Source: a phage. Taken from it: a stretch of DNA of 64,000 bases. Below are positions 54,929 to 64,000 of the stretch, in pieces. The position numbers and the translations under genes were made by a program. Location: sequence record PZ445440.1, one strand, 5' to 3'. Position 1 is the stretch's first letter. Every line of letters starts with the position of its first letter. The notes below the pieces were generated by a model. That model was not told where the DNA came from and made no database searches. It saw only the letters and a list, made by a program, of their open reading frames with translations.

Positions 54929-56661
54929 TGGAAATGATTAGCAGTAGCCTTAATTGGTTCGTGGGTGTTGTCGAGGACAGAATGGACCCATTAAAACAAG
55001 GGCGAGTTCGAGTGCGAGTAGTTGGTCTTCATCCGGCACAGAGAGCACAAGGTGATGTACAAGGTATTCCTACAGAAAAACTTCCATGGATGACTGTTAT
55101 TCAACCTATTACGTCTGCATCAATGTCAGGTATTGGTGGTTCTGTTACAGGTCCTGTTGAAGGAACTCGAGTATATGGTCATTTCTTAGACAAATGGAAA
55201 ACAAACGGGATTGTACTTGGTACATACGGCGGAATCGTACGTGAAAAGCCTAATAGACTTGAAGGTTTTTCAGACCCGACAGGCCAGTACCCGCGACGTT
55301 TAGGTAATGATACGAACGTATTAAACCAAGGTGGTGAAGCTGGTTATTATTCAAACTCTAATGTAATTCAAGATAACAACTTGGATTATGGTATAAACCC
55401 AGATGATACAGATTTAGCAAATATTCCAGAAGATGATGACCCTAATTTTACAATAACAGAAATGTTACGTCGTGACGAAGGTCTTCGTGATAAAGTGTAT
55501 TGGGACCATCTCGGGTATCCTACAGTAGGTATTGGACACCTTATCGTAATGGAAAAGACCCGAGATATGTCTCGAATTAATAAATTGTTATCCGATCAAG
55601 TAGGGCGTGAAGTAACAGGAAATCCGGGAACTATTACATTAGAAGAAGCAACAGCGTTATTTGAGAAGGACCTTGCTAAGATGCAGAAAGACATTCGTTC
55701 TAATTCTAAAGTAGGTCCTGTTTATGCTAAAATGAACAGATCTCGCCAAATGGCATTAGAAAACATGTGCTTCCAAATGGGCGTTGGTGGTGTAGCAAAA
55801 TTCAATACTATGCTTAAAGCAATGGCCACAGGTGATTGGAAAACCGCATACAAATCTGGACGCGATTCGTTATGGTTCCAGCAGACTAAAGGGCGTGCTT
55901 CACGTGTAACAACAATTATTTTAACCGGTAACATGGAATCATACGGTGTTCCTGTTAAAACACCACCTTCACCAGGAGTTGGTGCTGATTTAGTTACTAG
56001 AAATACCGATCCAGAAGACCCGGCTGGTCCTCCTGTTCCATTAGATTCACGCATCCTTTTTAAAGAACCGGAATCAAGTTATCGTGGTGAGTACCCATAT
56101 GTTCATGCTATGGAAACAGAAAGTGGTCATATCCAAGAATTTGACGATACTCCAGGTAATGAACGTTATCGCTTAGTTCATCCAACAGGGTCATATGAGG
56201 AAGTTTCTCCATCTGGGCGTCGTACTCGTAAAACTGTAGAAGACCTTTTTGACATCACTAATGGTGATGGGAACTTCTTGATTTCCGGTGATAAGCTTGT
56301 TAACGTTGGTGCTAATGAAATATATTATAACATGGCGGACCGCCTCCATCAAATAGACGGCAATGACACAATCTTTATTCGTGGCAACCAAGTTAAAACT
56401 GTTGAAGGTGATGGAACTCTTTACGTTAAGGGCAATATCAAAATAGTCGTTGACGGGAATGCAGATATTCTTGTTAAAGGTGATGCTAAGACTCAAGTTG
56501 AAGGGAATCATGACTACACTGTCAATGGTAATGTTAAATGGACTGTCAATGGTAATGTTGATATGACTGTTGCTGGCAATTGGTCGGAGACAATGACTAC
56601 AATGAGCTCAATAGCTTCAGGACAATACACTGTTGACGGATCTCGTATTGATATTGGGTAA
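54928..56661 (+). CDS. 5: baseplate hub spike protein gp5 with lysozyme domain
   Basis: 577 aa; N-terminal OB domain, central T4-lysozyme-like domain, C-terminal VxGxxxxx beta-helix repeats. Confidence 0.97.
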   Translation: MEMISSSLNWFVGVVEDRMDPLKQGRVRVRVVGLHPAQRAQGDVQGIPTEKLPWMTVIQPITSASMSGIGGSVTGPVEGTRVYGHFLDKWKTNGIVLGTYGGIVREKPNRLEGFSDPTGQYPRRLGNDTNVLNQGGEAGYYSNSNVIQDNNLDYGINPDDTDLANIPEDDDPNFTITEMLRRDEGLRDKVYWDHLGYPTVGIGHLIVMEKTRDMSRINKLLSDQVGREVTGNPGTITLEEATALFEKDLAKMQKDIRSNSKVGPVYAKMNRSRQMALENMCFQMGVGGVAKFNTMLKAMATGDWKTAYKSGRDSLWFQQTKGRASRVTTIILTGNMESYGVPVKTPPSPGVGADLVTRNTDPEDPAGPPVPLDSRILFKEPESSYRGEYPYVHAMETESGHIQEFDDTPGNERYRLVHPTGSYEEVSPSGRRTRKTVEDLFDITNGDGNFLISGDKLVNVGANEIYYNMADRLHQIDGNDTIFIRGNQVKTVEGDGTLYVKGNIKIVVDGNADILVKGDAKTQVEGNHDYTVNGNVKWTVNGNVDMTVAGNWSETMTTMSSIASGQYTVDGSRIDIG

Positions 56662-56664
56662 TAT

Positions 56665-57180
56665 ATGGCACAAATACTTCCTTTAAATACCGACTTAGGA
56701 GAAGACATGGAAGGGGCGTCTATTGACGTCCTTTTTACTCCACAGTTAGAAACAACCGAAACTTTAGTGTCAATAAATATAACAGATTATGAGCCGACAC
56801 AAGGCATTACGGTAGATGGTAATCGTTTATATGGAACATATGAAAGTGTGTTTAGCTTTTCTTCGGATGCATTGAAATACCGATTAAATGATGATTTTGA
56901 AACCGCATCTTCATGGGATGATTTACCAAAAGATGAGTCCACACAGTTATATTTGTGGAGAGCTCCTCAGAATCTTCGTAAAGTGTTTAGTTATACGGTT
57001 GAAATGATTTATAACTACCAAGAAGAAAGTTCATCAGGCGGTTCTAGAAGTGACTCTGGTACAGAACCTCCGCCAGCTCCGATACAAAAAACTCTTACTA
57101 AGGTTTATACAAAAACTATAGTAGGAAATTGGAGCAAATGGGCTCAACAATTACGAAACTATGTTTATGCGAGGCCGTGA
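56665..57180 (+). CDS. 5.1: gp5.1-like protein
   Basis: position after gene 5. Confidence 0.6.
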   Translation: MAQILPLNTDLGEDMEGASIDVLFTPQLETTETLVSINITDYEPTQGITVDGNRLYGTYESVFSFSSDALKYRLNDDFETASSWDDLPKDESTQLYLWRAPQNLRKVFSYTVEMIYNYQEESSSGGSRSDSGTEPPPAPIQKTLTKVYTKTIVGNWSKWAQQLRNYVYARP

Positions 57181-57182
57181 AA

Positions 57183-57476
57183 ATGTCTGGCTTAAGTTAC
57201 GACAAGTGCGTTACAGCAGGTCATGAAGCATGGCCTCCTACTGTAATAAATGCTTCCCAATCTAAAGTGTTCACCGGCGGTATTCCTGTTCTTGTGGCAG
57301 GAGACCAAATAACACCTCATACAGAAATTAAAAAACCATACGAGACTCATGGAGGTGTTACTGAACCTCGTACATCTAAAGTATACGTCACCGGTAAAAA
57401 GGCCGTTCAAATGGCTGACCCAATTTCATGCGGGGATACTGTTTCTCAGGCCTCGTCAAAAGTCTTTATAAAATAG
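57183..57476 (+). CDS. 5.4: PAAR-repeat spike-tip protein gp5.4
   Basis: 97 aa from MSGLSYDKC; length and position as T4 gp5.4. Confidence 0.7.
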   Translation: MSGLSYDKCVTAGHEAWPPTVINASQSKVFTGGIPVLVAGDQITPHTEIKKPYETHGGVTEPRTSKVYVTGKKAVQMADPISCGDTVSQASSKVFIK

Positions 57477-57484
57477 GAATTAAA

Positions 57485-59455
57485 ATGGCAAACACTCCTG
57501 TAAATTATCAGTTAGTCAGAACAGCGAATGCTATTCCCGAGATTTTTATCGGGGGCACATTTGCCGAAATCAAACAAAACATTATCGAATGGCTCAATGG
57601 GCAGAATGAATTTCTTGATTATGATTTTGAAGGTTCACGCTTAAATGTATTGTGCGACCTTTTAGCATATAACACTCTTTACATCCAACAGTTCAGTAAT
57701 AGTGCGGTGTATGAAAGCTTTATGCGTACTGCTAACTTGCGCAGTTCCGTTGTACAAGCGGCTCAGGATAATGGATATCTGCCTGCATCTAAATCGGCAG
57801 CACAAACAGAAATTATGCTCACATGTACGGATGCATTAAATAGAAACTATATCACTATTCCACGTGGTACTCGTTTCCTGGCGTATGCTAAAGGTACTTC
57901 TGTAAATCCATATAACTTTGTTTCCACCGAAGACGTCATTGTAGTTAAAGACAAAAATAATCAATATTTCCCACGTCTTAGGTTAGCTCAGGGACGTATT
58001 GTTCGCACTGAATTAACATTTGATAAATTAAAACCTATCATTATTCGTGATAAGAACATCGACCGTAATTTGGTTAAATTGTATGTTGACGGAGCAGAAT
58101 GGATTAACTGGACTCGCAAATCGATGGTTCATGCTGGTTCTACTTCAACCATTTATTATATGCGAGAAACTGTTGACGGGAACACTGAATTTTATTTTGG
58201 TGAAGGTGAAATCTCTATTAGCACATCAGAAGGTGCTTTAACATCCAACTACATTGGTGGCCTTAAACCTGTCCAGGGTTCTAAAATCGTAATTGAATAC
58301 ATTTCTACTAATGGTGCTGAAGCAAATGGTGCAGTAGGATTCTCTTATGCTGATACATTAGCTAATATCACAGTTATTGGAATTAATGAAAACCCAAGTA
58401 ATAACCCTGACTTCGTTGGTGCGGATGGTGGTGGCGACCCTGAAGATATTGAACGTATCCGTGAATTAGGTACAATTAAACGCGAAACTCAACAACGATG
58501 TGTGACTGCGACTGATTACGACACATTCGTCTCTGAACGATTTGGTTCTATTATTCAAGCGGTTCAGACATTTACAGATTCATCTAAGCCTGGATACGCA
58601 TTTATTGCTGCTAAACCTAAGTCTGGGTTATATTTGACTTCCGTCCAACGAGATGATATTAAAAATTATCTTAATGAGTATAACTTAGGGACGATAACTC
58701 CTGTTGTTATTTCTCCTGATTATTTGTTTATTAAAATGAATATTCGCGTTACGTATGCATTGAACAAATTACAGGAATCTGAACAATGGTTAGAAGGCCA
58801 AATTATTAATAAAATCGACCGGTATTATATTGAAGACGTGGAAATTTTTAACTCGTCATTCGCAAAATCTAAAATGCTAACGTATGTCGATGACGCAGAT
58901 ATTTCTATCATTGGTTCGTCTGCGACTATTCAAATGGTTCGCGAGGTACAGAACTTCTACAAAACACCTGAAACAGGTATTAAATACAATAACCAGATTA
59001 AAGATAGAACATTAGAATCTAACGTGTTTTCATTTGATAGTTTACGCGTTGACCCTGAAACGGAAGCTACTATTAAATACGACGTTCGCATTGTAGGTTC
59101 AGATAGAAATGACCGCGGCATTGGACAAGTTATTATTGGTCCGTTTGCAGATGGCGACGTTATAGAAAACGCTTATATTCAACCATATACTGGTGACGAT
59201 TTTAATAAACTTCATGTTACGGACGGAAGAAACAAATATTACTCTATAGGTGAAGTAAATTATCCGGCTGATTCAATTTATTGGAATATAGCTAAAATTG
59301 ATTTAACTTCTGATAGGTTTGAAGTTCAAACTATTGAACTCTATTCAGACCCAGCTGATGATGTTATCTTTACTAAAGACGGGTCATTAATTGTATTTGA
59401 AAATGACTTACGTCCACAATATTTAACCATAGATTTGGAGCCTATTTCACAATGA
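57485..59455 (+). CDS. 6: baseplate wedge protein gp6
   Basis: MANTPVNYQLVRTANAIPEIFIGGTFAEIKQNIIEWLNGQNEFLDYDFEG matches T4 gp6. Confidence 0.95.
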   Translation: MANTPVNYQLVRTANAIPEIFIGGTFAEIKQNIIEWLNGQNEFLDYDFEGSRLNVLCDLLAYNTLYIQQFSNSAVYESFMRTANLRSSVVQAAQDNGYLPASKSAAQTEIMLTCTDALNRNYITIPRGTRFLAYAKGTSVNPYNFVSTEDVIVVKDKNNQYFPRLRLAQGRIVRTELTFDKLKPIIIRDKNIDRNLVKLYVDGAEWINWTRKSMVHAGSTSTIYYMRETVDGNTEFYFGEGEISISTSEGALTSNYIGGLKPVQGSKIVIEYISTNGAEANGAVGFSYADTLANITVIGINENPSNNPDFVGADGGGDPEDIERIRELGTIKRETQQRCVTATDYDTFVSERFGSIIQAVQTFTDSSKPGYAFIAAKPKSGLYLTSVQRDDIKNYLNEYNLGTITPVVISPDYLFIKMNIRVTYALNKLQESEQWLEGQIINKIDRYYIEDVEIFNSSFAKSKMLTYVDDADISIIGSSATIQMVREVQNFYKTPETGIKYNNQIKDRTLESNVFSFDSLRVDPETEATIKYDVRIVGSDRNDRGIGQVIIGPFADGDVIENAYIQPYTGDDFNKLHVTDGRNKYYSIGEVNYPADSIYWNIAKIDLTSDRFEVQTIELYSDPADDVIFTKDGSLIVFENDLRPQYLTIDLEPISQ

Positions 59456-62400
59456 CAGTAAAAGCGCCAGCAGTCACGAGTCTCAGATTATCTAAATTGT
59501 CCGCAAACCAAGTTCAAATTCGCTGGGATGAGGTTGGCGCTAATTTCTACTATTTTGTGGAAATAGCTGAGACCAAAACAGCTAATGGGGAAGCAATTCC
59601 CCGTAATAGCTATAGATGGACTAATTTAGGATATACCGCTGATAACAATTTCTTTGAGTCTGGTTTAAATTCATTAACAACATATATGATGCGTGTGGCT
59701 ACAGCAGCGGAGGGATTTGAGCAGTCTGATTGGAGATATACCGAAGAGTTTGAAACATTTGAAATAAACGCTTATACATTCCAACATATGATTGAAATGC
59801 AATTAGCTAACGAGTTTATTTCTGAAAAATTTACAAAAAATAATACCAACTACGTTGATTTTAATAATGACACGATCATGGCAGCACTGATGAGCGAGTC
59901 GTTCCAATTTAGTCCTGCATACACCGATGTGTCATCGATTAGAAATTTTATAATTGGCGAAAATCAGTATCATGAAATCCAGGGGCATATCCAGGACGTA
60001 TGTAAAGATATAAATCGAGTATATCTAATGGAATCTGAAGGAATTCTTTACCTTTTTGAAAGATTCCAACCTATTGTAAAAGTGTCTAATGATAAAGGCC
60101 AAACATGGAAAGCGGTTAAATTGCTTAATGACCGTGTAGGATATCCACTTTCACGAACCGTATATTACCAATCAGAATATACGACGTATTTGCTCGGCTA
60201 TGATAAGATTTTTTACGGGCGTAAATCATCCGATATTCGTTGGTCTGCTAATGATGTTCGTTTCAGTTCACAAGATGTAACATTTGCTAAAATCGGGGAC
60301 CATTTAAATTTAGGTTTTGATGTAGAGATTTTCGGTACATACGCGTCATTACCAGGAAACGTATCACGTATTGCAGAAGCTATTACTTGTAATGATGACT
60401 ATGTTTATATTGCGGCCAGAGATAAAGTTCGCTTCGTTAAAACCAGTAACGCTCCTATTGATTCAAATCCATTATCTCCGACCTATTCCGAACGGTTGTT
60501 TGAACCTGAGACGTTTACAATAACAGGCAACCCTAAAGCAGTTTGTTATAAAATGGATTCTGTTGGTGGAAGAATATTCGCTCTTATTATTGGTGAAGTC
60601 GAAAACGTTAATGACGACCCAAGAACAAAGCCTATTTTGGATTCCGTTGATAAAGGTGTATACGTTTTAGACCATGACGCTGGAACATTTAAAAGGATAT
60701 TTGGTAACACAGAAGAAGAACGCCATCGTATAGAACCGGCTTTCACCAATATGTCTACTGATGGTGTTGAGCTTTATATCTCTTCTAGTAATTTTAAATT
60801 TTTAGAATCTGATATTGTTGACGACCCAGAAACGCAATCTAAGTATGGACTTTTAGGAGCAGTTAAGTATGAATATCCTAGAGAATGGCTCGCAGATAAA
60901 CATTACCATATGATGATTTTCGCATCAAACGAAGAAAGTAATTGGGAAACTTTTTCACCAACTCCTATGCAGTATTATGCAGAACCTTTCTTTAGTTATT
61001 CTAGAAAATCAGGCACACGTTCTTGGATTAATAACTCTGATAGAGCGGTAGTGATTTATTCTGATTTGCTTTACACAAAGGTAGTGGAAGGCCACCCTAG
61101 CACTTCACCTGATCGTAAAGTTCATGAATACTGGAATGATGGTGATTGTAAGATTGTTATGCCGAATATAGAATTCACCGGATTTAAAAAATACGCATCT
61201 GGTATGTTGTTTTATAAATCATCAGGTGAAATAATTTCATATTACGATTTTAGTTATCGTGTTAGAGATAACGTTTCTATAATTTGGAAGCCCACTAACG
61301 TATTCTTGACCGCCTCATTACAAAACCAAGAAAAAGAAACTTCTTGGGTTCCTGTTGAAGAGACAGGTCTAGCTGACCCGGATTTACGCCCATTACTCAC
61401 TACAATGATGCCAGAGTCTTATCTGTTGGATAATACAAACTTTGAAGCATTTTGTGAAGCGTATATTCAATATCTTTCTGATGGATACGGGACTCATTAT
61501 AATAACTTATTGAATTTGATTAAAAATAAATACCCACGAGAAGAACACGCATGGGAATATCTTTGGTCCGAAATTTATAAACGGAACATTTATTTGAATG
61601 CTGAGAAACGTGATTTAGTTTCTAGGTTCTTTGAGTCCAGAAGTTATGATTTTTATTCTACTAAAGGAACTGAAGCGTCGTATAAGTTTTTGTTTAAAGT
61701 TCTTTATAACGAAGACGTTGAAGTGGAAATTGAGTCATCTGCTGGAACAGAGTACGATATCATAATTCAATCTGATTCTATAAGTGAAGATTTGGTTGGG
61801 CAAACTATATACACCGCTACAGGTAGATGTAATGTTACATATTTAGAAAGAAGCTATTCTAAAGGTAAATTACAATGGACTGTGACTATTCATAACCTTT
61901 TAGGTAGGCTTTTAGTCGGTCAAGAAGTAAAAGCCGAAAGACTAGCAGATTTTGAAGGTGAAATAGTTCGCGGTATTAAAGGTAAAGAACTTGCCCAAAA
62001 CACTATCGATTATTTTAATCGTGGTAGAGCTTATTACGTCATGAAAATAAAGTCAAATCTTCCGTCCTCTCGTTGGAAATCTGACGTACTACGTTTTGTA
62101 CATCCGGTAGGATTTGGATTTATTGCAATAACCTTATTAACAATGTTTATTAATACAGGATTAACGCTTAAACATGTTGAAACTATTATTAATAAATATA
62201 AAAATTATAAGTGGGATTCCGGACTGCCTACGGAATATGCAGACCGCGTCGCTCGTTTAGACCCTCAAGGTAATGTAGAATTCAATCCTGTTACAGGTGA
62301 AGTAATTTATGATGCTGGTCCTTATGCTGGTATCGAATACCCTTTACCTGCAAATTATAACGAAGAAAATGATAACTCTATTTTCCAAGGACAATTACCG

Positions 62401-62550
62401 TCTGAACGACGCAAGCCAATGAGCCCATTATTTGATGCATCAGGTACAACGTTCTCTAGATTTAGAGAGCTTGTTAATGAAAGATTGTTAGATAACGTGG
62501 GAAATCCTAGAGACCCGATTAATCCACCACAGGTTAAATTAGATGAATGA
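59452..62550 (+). CDS. 7: baseplate wedge protein gp7
   Basis: 1032 aa, same length and position as T4 gp7. Confidence 0.9.
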   Translation: MTVKAPAVTSLRLSKLSANQVQIRWDEVGANFYYFVEIAETKTANGEAIPRNSYRWTNLGYTADNNFFESGLNSLTTYMMRVATAAEGFEQSDWRYTEEFETFEINAYTFQHMIEMQLANEFISEKFTKNNTNYVDFNNDTIMAALMSESFQFSPAYTDVSSIRNFIIGENQYHEIQGHIQDVCKDINRVYLMESEGILYLFERFQPIVKVSNDKGQTWKAVKLLNDRVGYPLSRTVYYQSEYTTYLLGYDKIFYGRKSSDIRWSANDVRFSSQDVTFAKIGDHLNLGFDVEIFGTYASLPGNVSRIAEAITCNDDYVYIAARDKVRFVKTSNAPIDSNPLSPTYSERLFEPETFTITGNPKAVCYKMDSVGGRIFALIIGEVENVNDDPRTKPILDSVDKGVYVLDHDAGTFKRIFGNTEEERHRIEPAFTNMSTDGVELYISSSNFKFLESDIVDDPETQSKYGLLGAVKYEYPREWLADKHYHMMIFASNEESNWETFSPTPMQYYAEPFFSYSRKSGTRSWINNSDRAVVIYSDLLYTKVVEGHPSTSPDRKVHEYWNDGDCKIVMPNIEFTGFKKYASGMLFYKSSGEIISYYDFSYRVRDNVSIIWKPTNVFLTASLQNQEKETSWVPVEETGLADPDLRPLLTTMMPESYLLDNTNFEAFCEAYIQYLSDGYGTHYNNLLNLIKNKYPREEHAWEYLWSEIYKRNIYLNAEKRDLVSRFFESRSYDFYSTKGTEASYKFLFKVLYNEDVEVEIESSAGTEYDIIIQSDSISEDLVGQTIYTATGRCNVTYLERSYSKGKLQWTVTIHNLLGRLLVGQEVKAERLADFEGEIVRGIKGKELAQNTIDYFNRGRAYYVMKIKSNLPSSRWKSDVLRFVHPVGFGFIAITLLTMFINTGLTLKHVETIINKYKNYKWDSGLPTEYADRVARLDPQGNVEFNPVTGEVIYDAGPYAGIEYPLPANYNEENDNSIFQGQLPSERRKPMSPLFDASGTTFSRFRELVNERLLDNVGNPRDPINPPQVKLDE

Positions 62551-63547
62551 TTCAAGTGTTGTCTATCGTTCGATAGTTACTTCAAAATTTAGAACTGAAA
62601 AAATGTTGAATTTCTACAATTCAATAGGTGATGGTGATAATAAAAACACCATCTTTATAACGTTTGGTCGGTCTGAACCATGGGCTGCTAATGAAAATGA
62701 GGTGGGCTTCGCCCCGCCGTATCCAACAGACTCGGTTTTAGGCGTAACAGATATGTGGACTAACATGATGGGTTTAGTTAAAGTTATCCCATCTATGTTA
62801 GACTCGGTTATTCCTAGACGTGACTGGGGAGATATTCGTTATCCGGACCCTTATACATTCAAAATAAATGATATAGTCGTATGTAATACAGCCCCTTATA
62901 ATGCTACTGAAGTCGGGGCTGGATGGTTAGTATATCGTTGCGTAGATGTTCCTGATGTTGGGATGTGTTCTATTGAGTCTCTCGACAACAAAGAAGAATG
63001 TCTTAAATTAGGTGGTAAATGGACTCCATCTGTTAGGTCTTTAACCCCTCCTGAAGGCCGTGGAGATGCTGAAGGGATTATCGAAGTTGGTGATGGATAT
63101 ATATGGGAGTATCTTTATGAGATTCCACCTGATGTGTCTATAAACCGATGTACTAATGAATATATAGTCGTTCCATGGCCGGAAGAAGTTAAAGAAGACC
63201 CTGCTCGTTGGGGATATGAAAACAATCTAACCTGGCAACAAGATGATTTTGGCCTTGTGTATAGAGTTAAAGCAAACATAATTCGTTTTAAAGCCTATTT
63301 AGACTCAGTTTATTTCCCTAATGCAGCACTGCCTGGTAATAAAGGATTTAGACAAATTTCTATTATCACAAACCCGTTGGAAGCTAAACTCCGTCCTAAT
63401 GACCCTAATATAAAAGCTGAAAAGGATTATTATGACCCTAGAGATTTACAGCGTCATTCTGGTGAAATGATTTATATGGAAAACCGTCCACCTATTATTA
63501 TGGCAATGGACCAAACCGAAGAGATCAATATTTTGTTTATGTTCTAA
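62543..63547 (+). CDS. 8: baseplate wedge protein gp8
   Basis: 334 aa, same length and position as T4 gp8. Confidence 0.9.
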   Translation: MNDSSVVYRSIVTSKFRTEKMLNFYNSIGDGDNKNTIFITFGRSEPWAANENEVGFAPPYPTDSVLGVTDMWTNMMGLVKVIPSMLDSVIPRRDWGDIRYPDPYTFKINDIVVCNTAPYNATEVGAGWLVYRCVDVPDVGMCSIESLDNKEECLKLGGKWTPSVRSLTPPEGRGDAEGIIEVGDGYIWEYLYEIPPDVSINRCTNEYIVVPWPEEVKEDPARWGYENNLTWQQDDFGLVYRVKANIIRFKAYLDSVYFPNAALPGNKGFRQISIITNPLEAKLRPNDPNIKAEKDYYDPRDLQRHSGEMIYMENRPPIIMAMDQTEEINILFMF

Positions 63548-63551
63548 TTTA

Positions 63552-63574
63552 GGGAGACTTCGGTCTCCCTTTCG
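63552..63574 (+). terminator. hairpin GGGAGAC-TTCG-GTCTCCC + UUU after gene 8
   Basis: read from sequence. Confidence 0.55.
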
Positions 63575-63576
63575 TG

Positions 63577-63584
63577 TATAAATA
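63577..63584 (+). promoter_or_regulatory. late promoter TATAAATA for gene 9
   Basis: exact consensus 26 nt upstream of gene 9 ATG. Confidence 0.7.
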
Positions 63585-63609
63585 GTATAAACTATTAAGG
63601 ATTAGCCAC

Positions 63610-64000
63610 ATGTATATTCAAACTCCAAAACAATTGATTGACGTTGGCGAAATTGGTAACGCTTCTACAGGCGATATCCTTTTTGACGGCGGTGTTAAAA
63701 TAAACAATGATATAAATGCTATTTACAATGCGTTTGGTGACCAACGAAAAATGGCAACTGCTAATGGGACAGGACCAAATGGACAAATAATCCATGCCAC
63801 TGGATACTACCAAAAAGGAGGCCCTACTGATTATTTCACCCCTGTTCCAGTAGGAAGTAGACACGACATAGATGCTTCTACCGGTGGTGTTATTGTTACT
63901 GTTGCTAGAGGTGAACTCGGCGATTCCGTGGAATTTATAAATTCAAACGGGTCAATTTCTGTAAACAACCCATTAAGTATCCAAGCATTAGATTCTATTA
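63610..64000 (+). CDS. 9: baseplate wedge / long-tail-fibre attachment protein gp9, N-terminal 130 aa (continues past window end)
   Basis: hand translation MYIQTPKQLIDVGEIGNASTGDILFDGGVKINNDINAIYNAFGDQRKMATANG matches T4 gp9 N-terminus. Confidence 0.9.
   Translation, partial: MYIQTPKQLIDVGEIGNASTGDILFDGGVKINNDINAIYNAFGDQRKMATANGTGPNGQIIHATGYYQKGGPTDYFTPVPVGSRHDIDASTGGVIVTVARGELGDSVEFINSNGSISVNNPLSIQALDSI

Noticed and set aside
63595-63864. 89-aa minus-strand ORF at the window end
   Set aside because: It is antisense to the gene 9 N-terminus, which matches T4 gp9 clearly.

Overview
This window is a 64-kb segment of a T4-like (T-even) myophage genome. The 903-aa DNA polymerase matches, from memory, the RB69 gp43 sequence, so the source is probably RB69 or a close relative; I cannot verify this without a database search. 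Gene order follows T4 throughout. The minus strand carries the early and middle genes in the order 43, regA, 62, 44, 45, rpbA, 46, 47, 55, nrdH/G/D, 49, nrdC, rI, tk, regB, denV, e, nudE, two tRNAs, 57B, 57A, 1, 3, 2 and 4. The plus strand carries late baseplate genes 53, 5, 5.1, 5.4, 6, 7, 8 and the start of 9. Gene and domain calls come from hand-read motifs and recalled T4 homologues; no searches or RNA folding were run.

The most interesting region is a nucleotide-sugar biosynthesis module (1-3260) just downstream of gene 43, where T4 has imm/42/beta-gt. It encodes a KdsD-like arabinose-5-phosphate isomerase, a fused sugar-1-phosphate nucleotidyltransferase/anomeric kinase and a small HAD phosphatase. 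No alpha-glucosyltransferase lies between genes 47 and 55. Together this fits synthesis of an NDP-arabinose donor for arabinosyl-hmC DNA, which I recall being reported for RB69.

Other notable observations:
- Many minus-strand promoters have the -10 element flanked by inverted repeats with compensatory arm changes; for regB, denV and the 30726 gene the downstream arm contains the Shine-Dalgarno, as in the classic T4 lysozyme arrangement.
- Seven genes carry the T4 internal-protein capsid-targeting N-terminus (MKTY.EF..E).
- A TARG1/DarG-like macrodomain protein (32153-32647) is a candidate ADP-ribosylation reversal enzyme.
- A pol-beta-type nucleotidyltransferase and an adjacent AAA+ ATPase (26892-28977) sit in the hypervariable nrdC-rI interval.
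- Two tandem paralogue families share conserved C-termini: small soluble proteins ending G.WV(A/S)SS..C, and mostly membrane proteins ending ENFIKECR.
- A GIY-YIG homing endonuclease is inserted between genes 2 and 4.

No CRISPR array, rRNA or integrase was seen.
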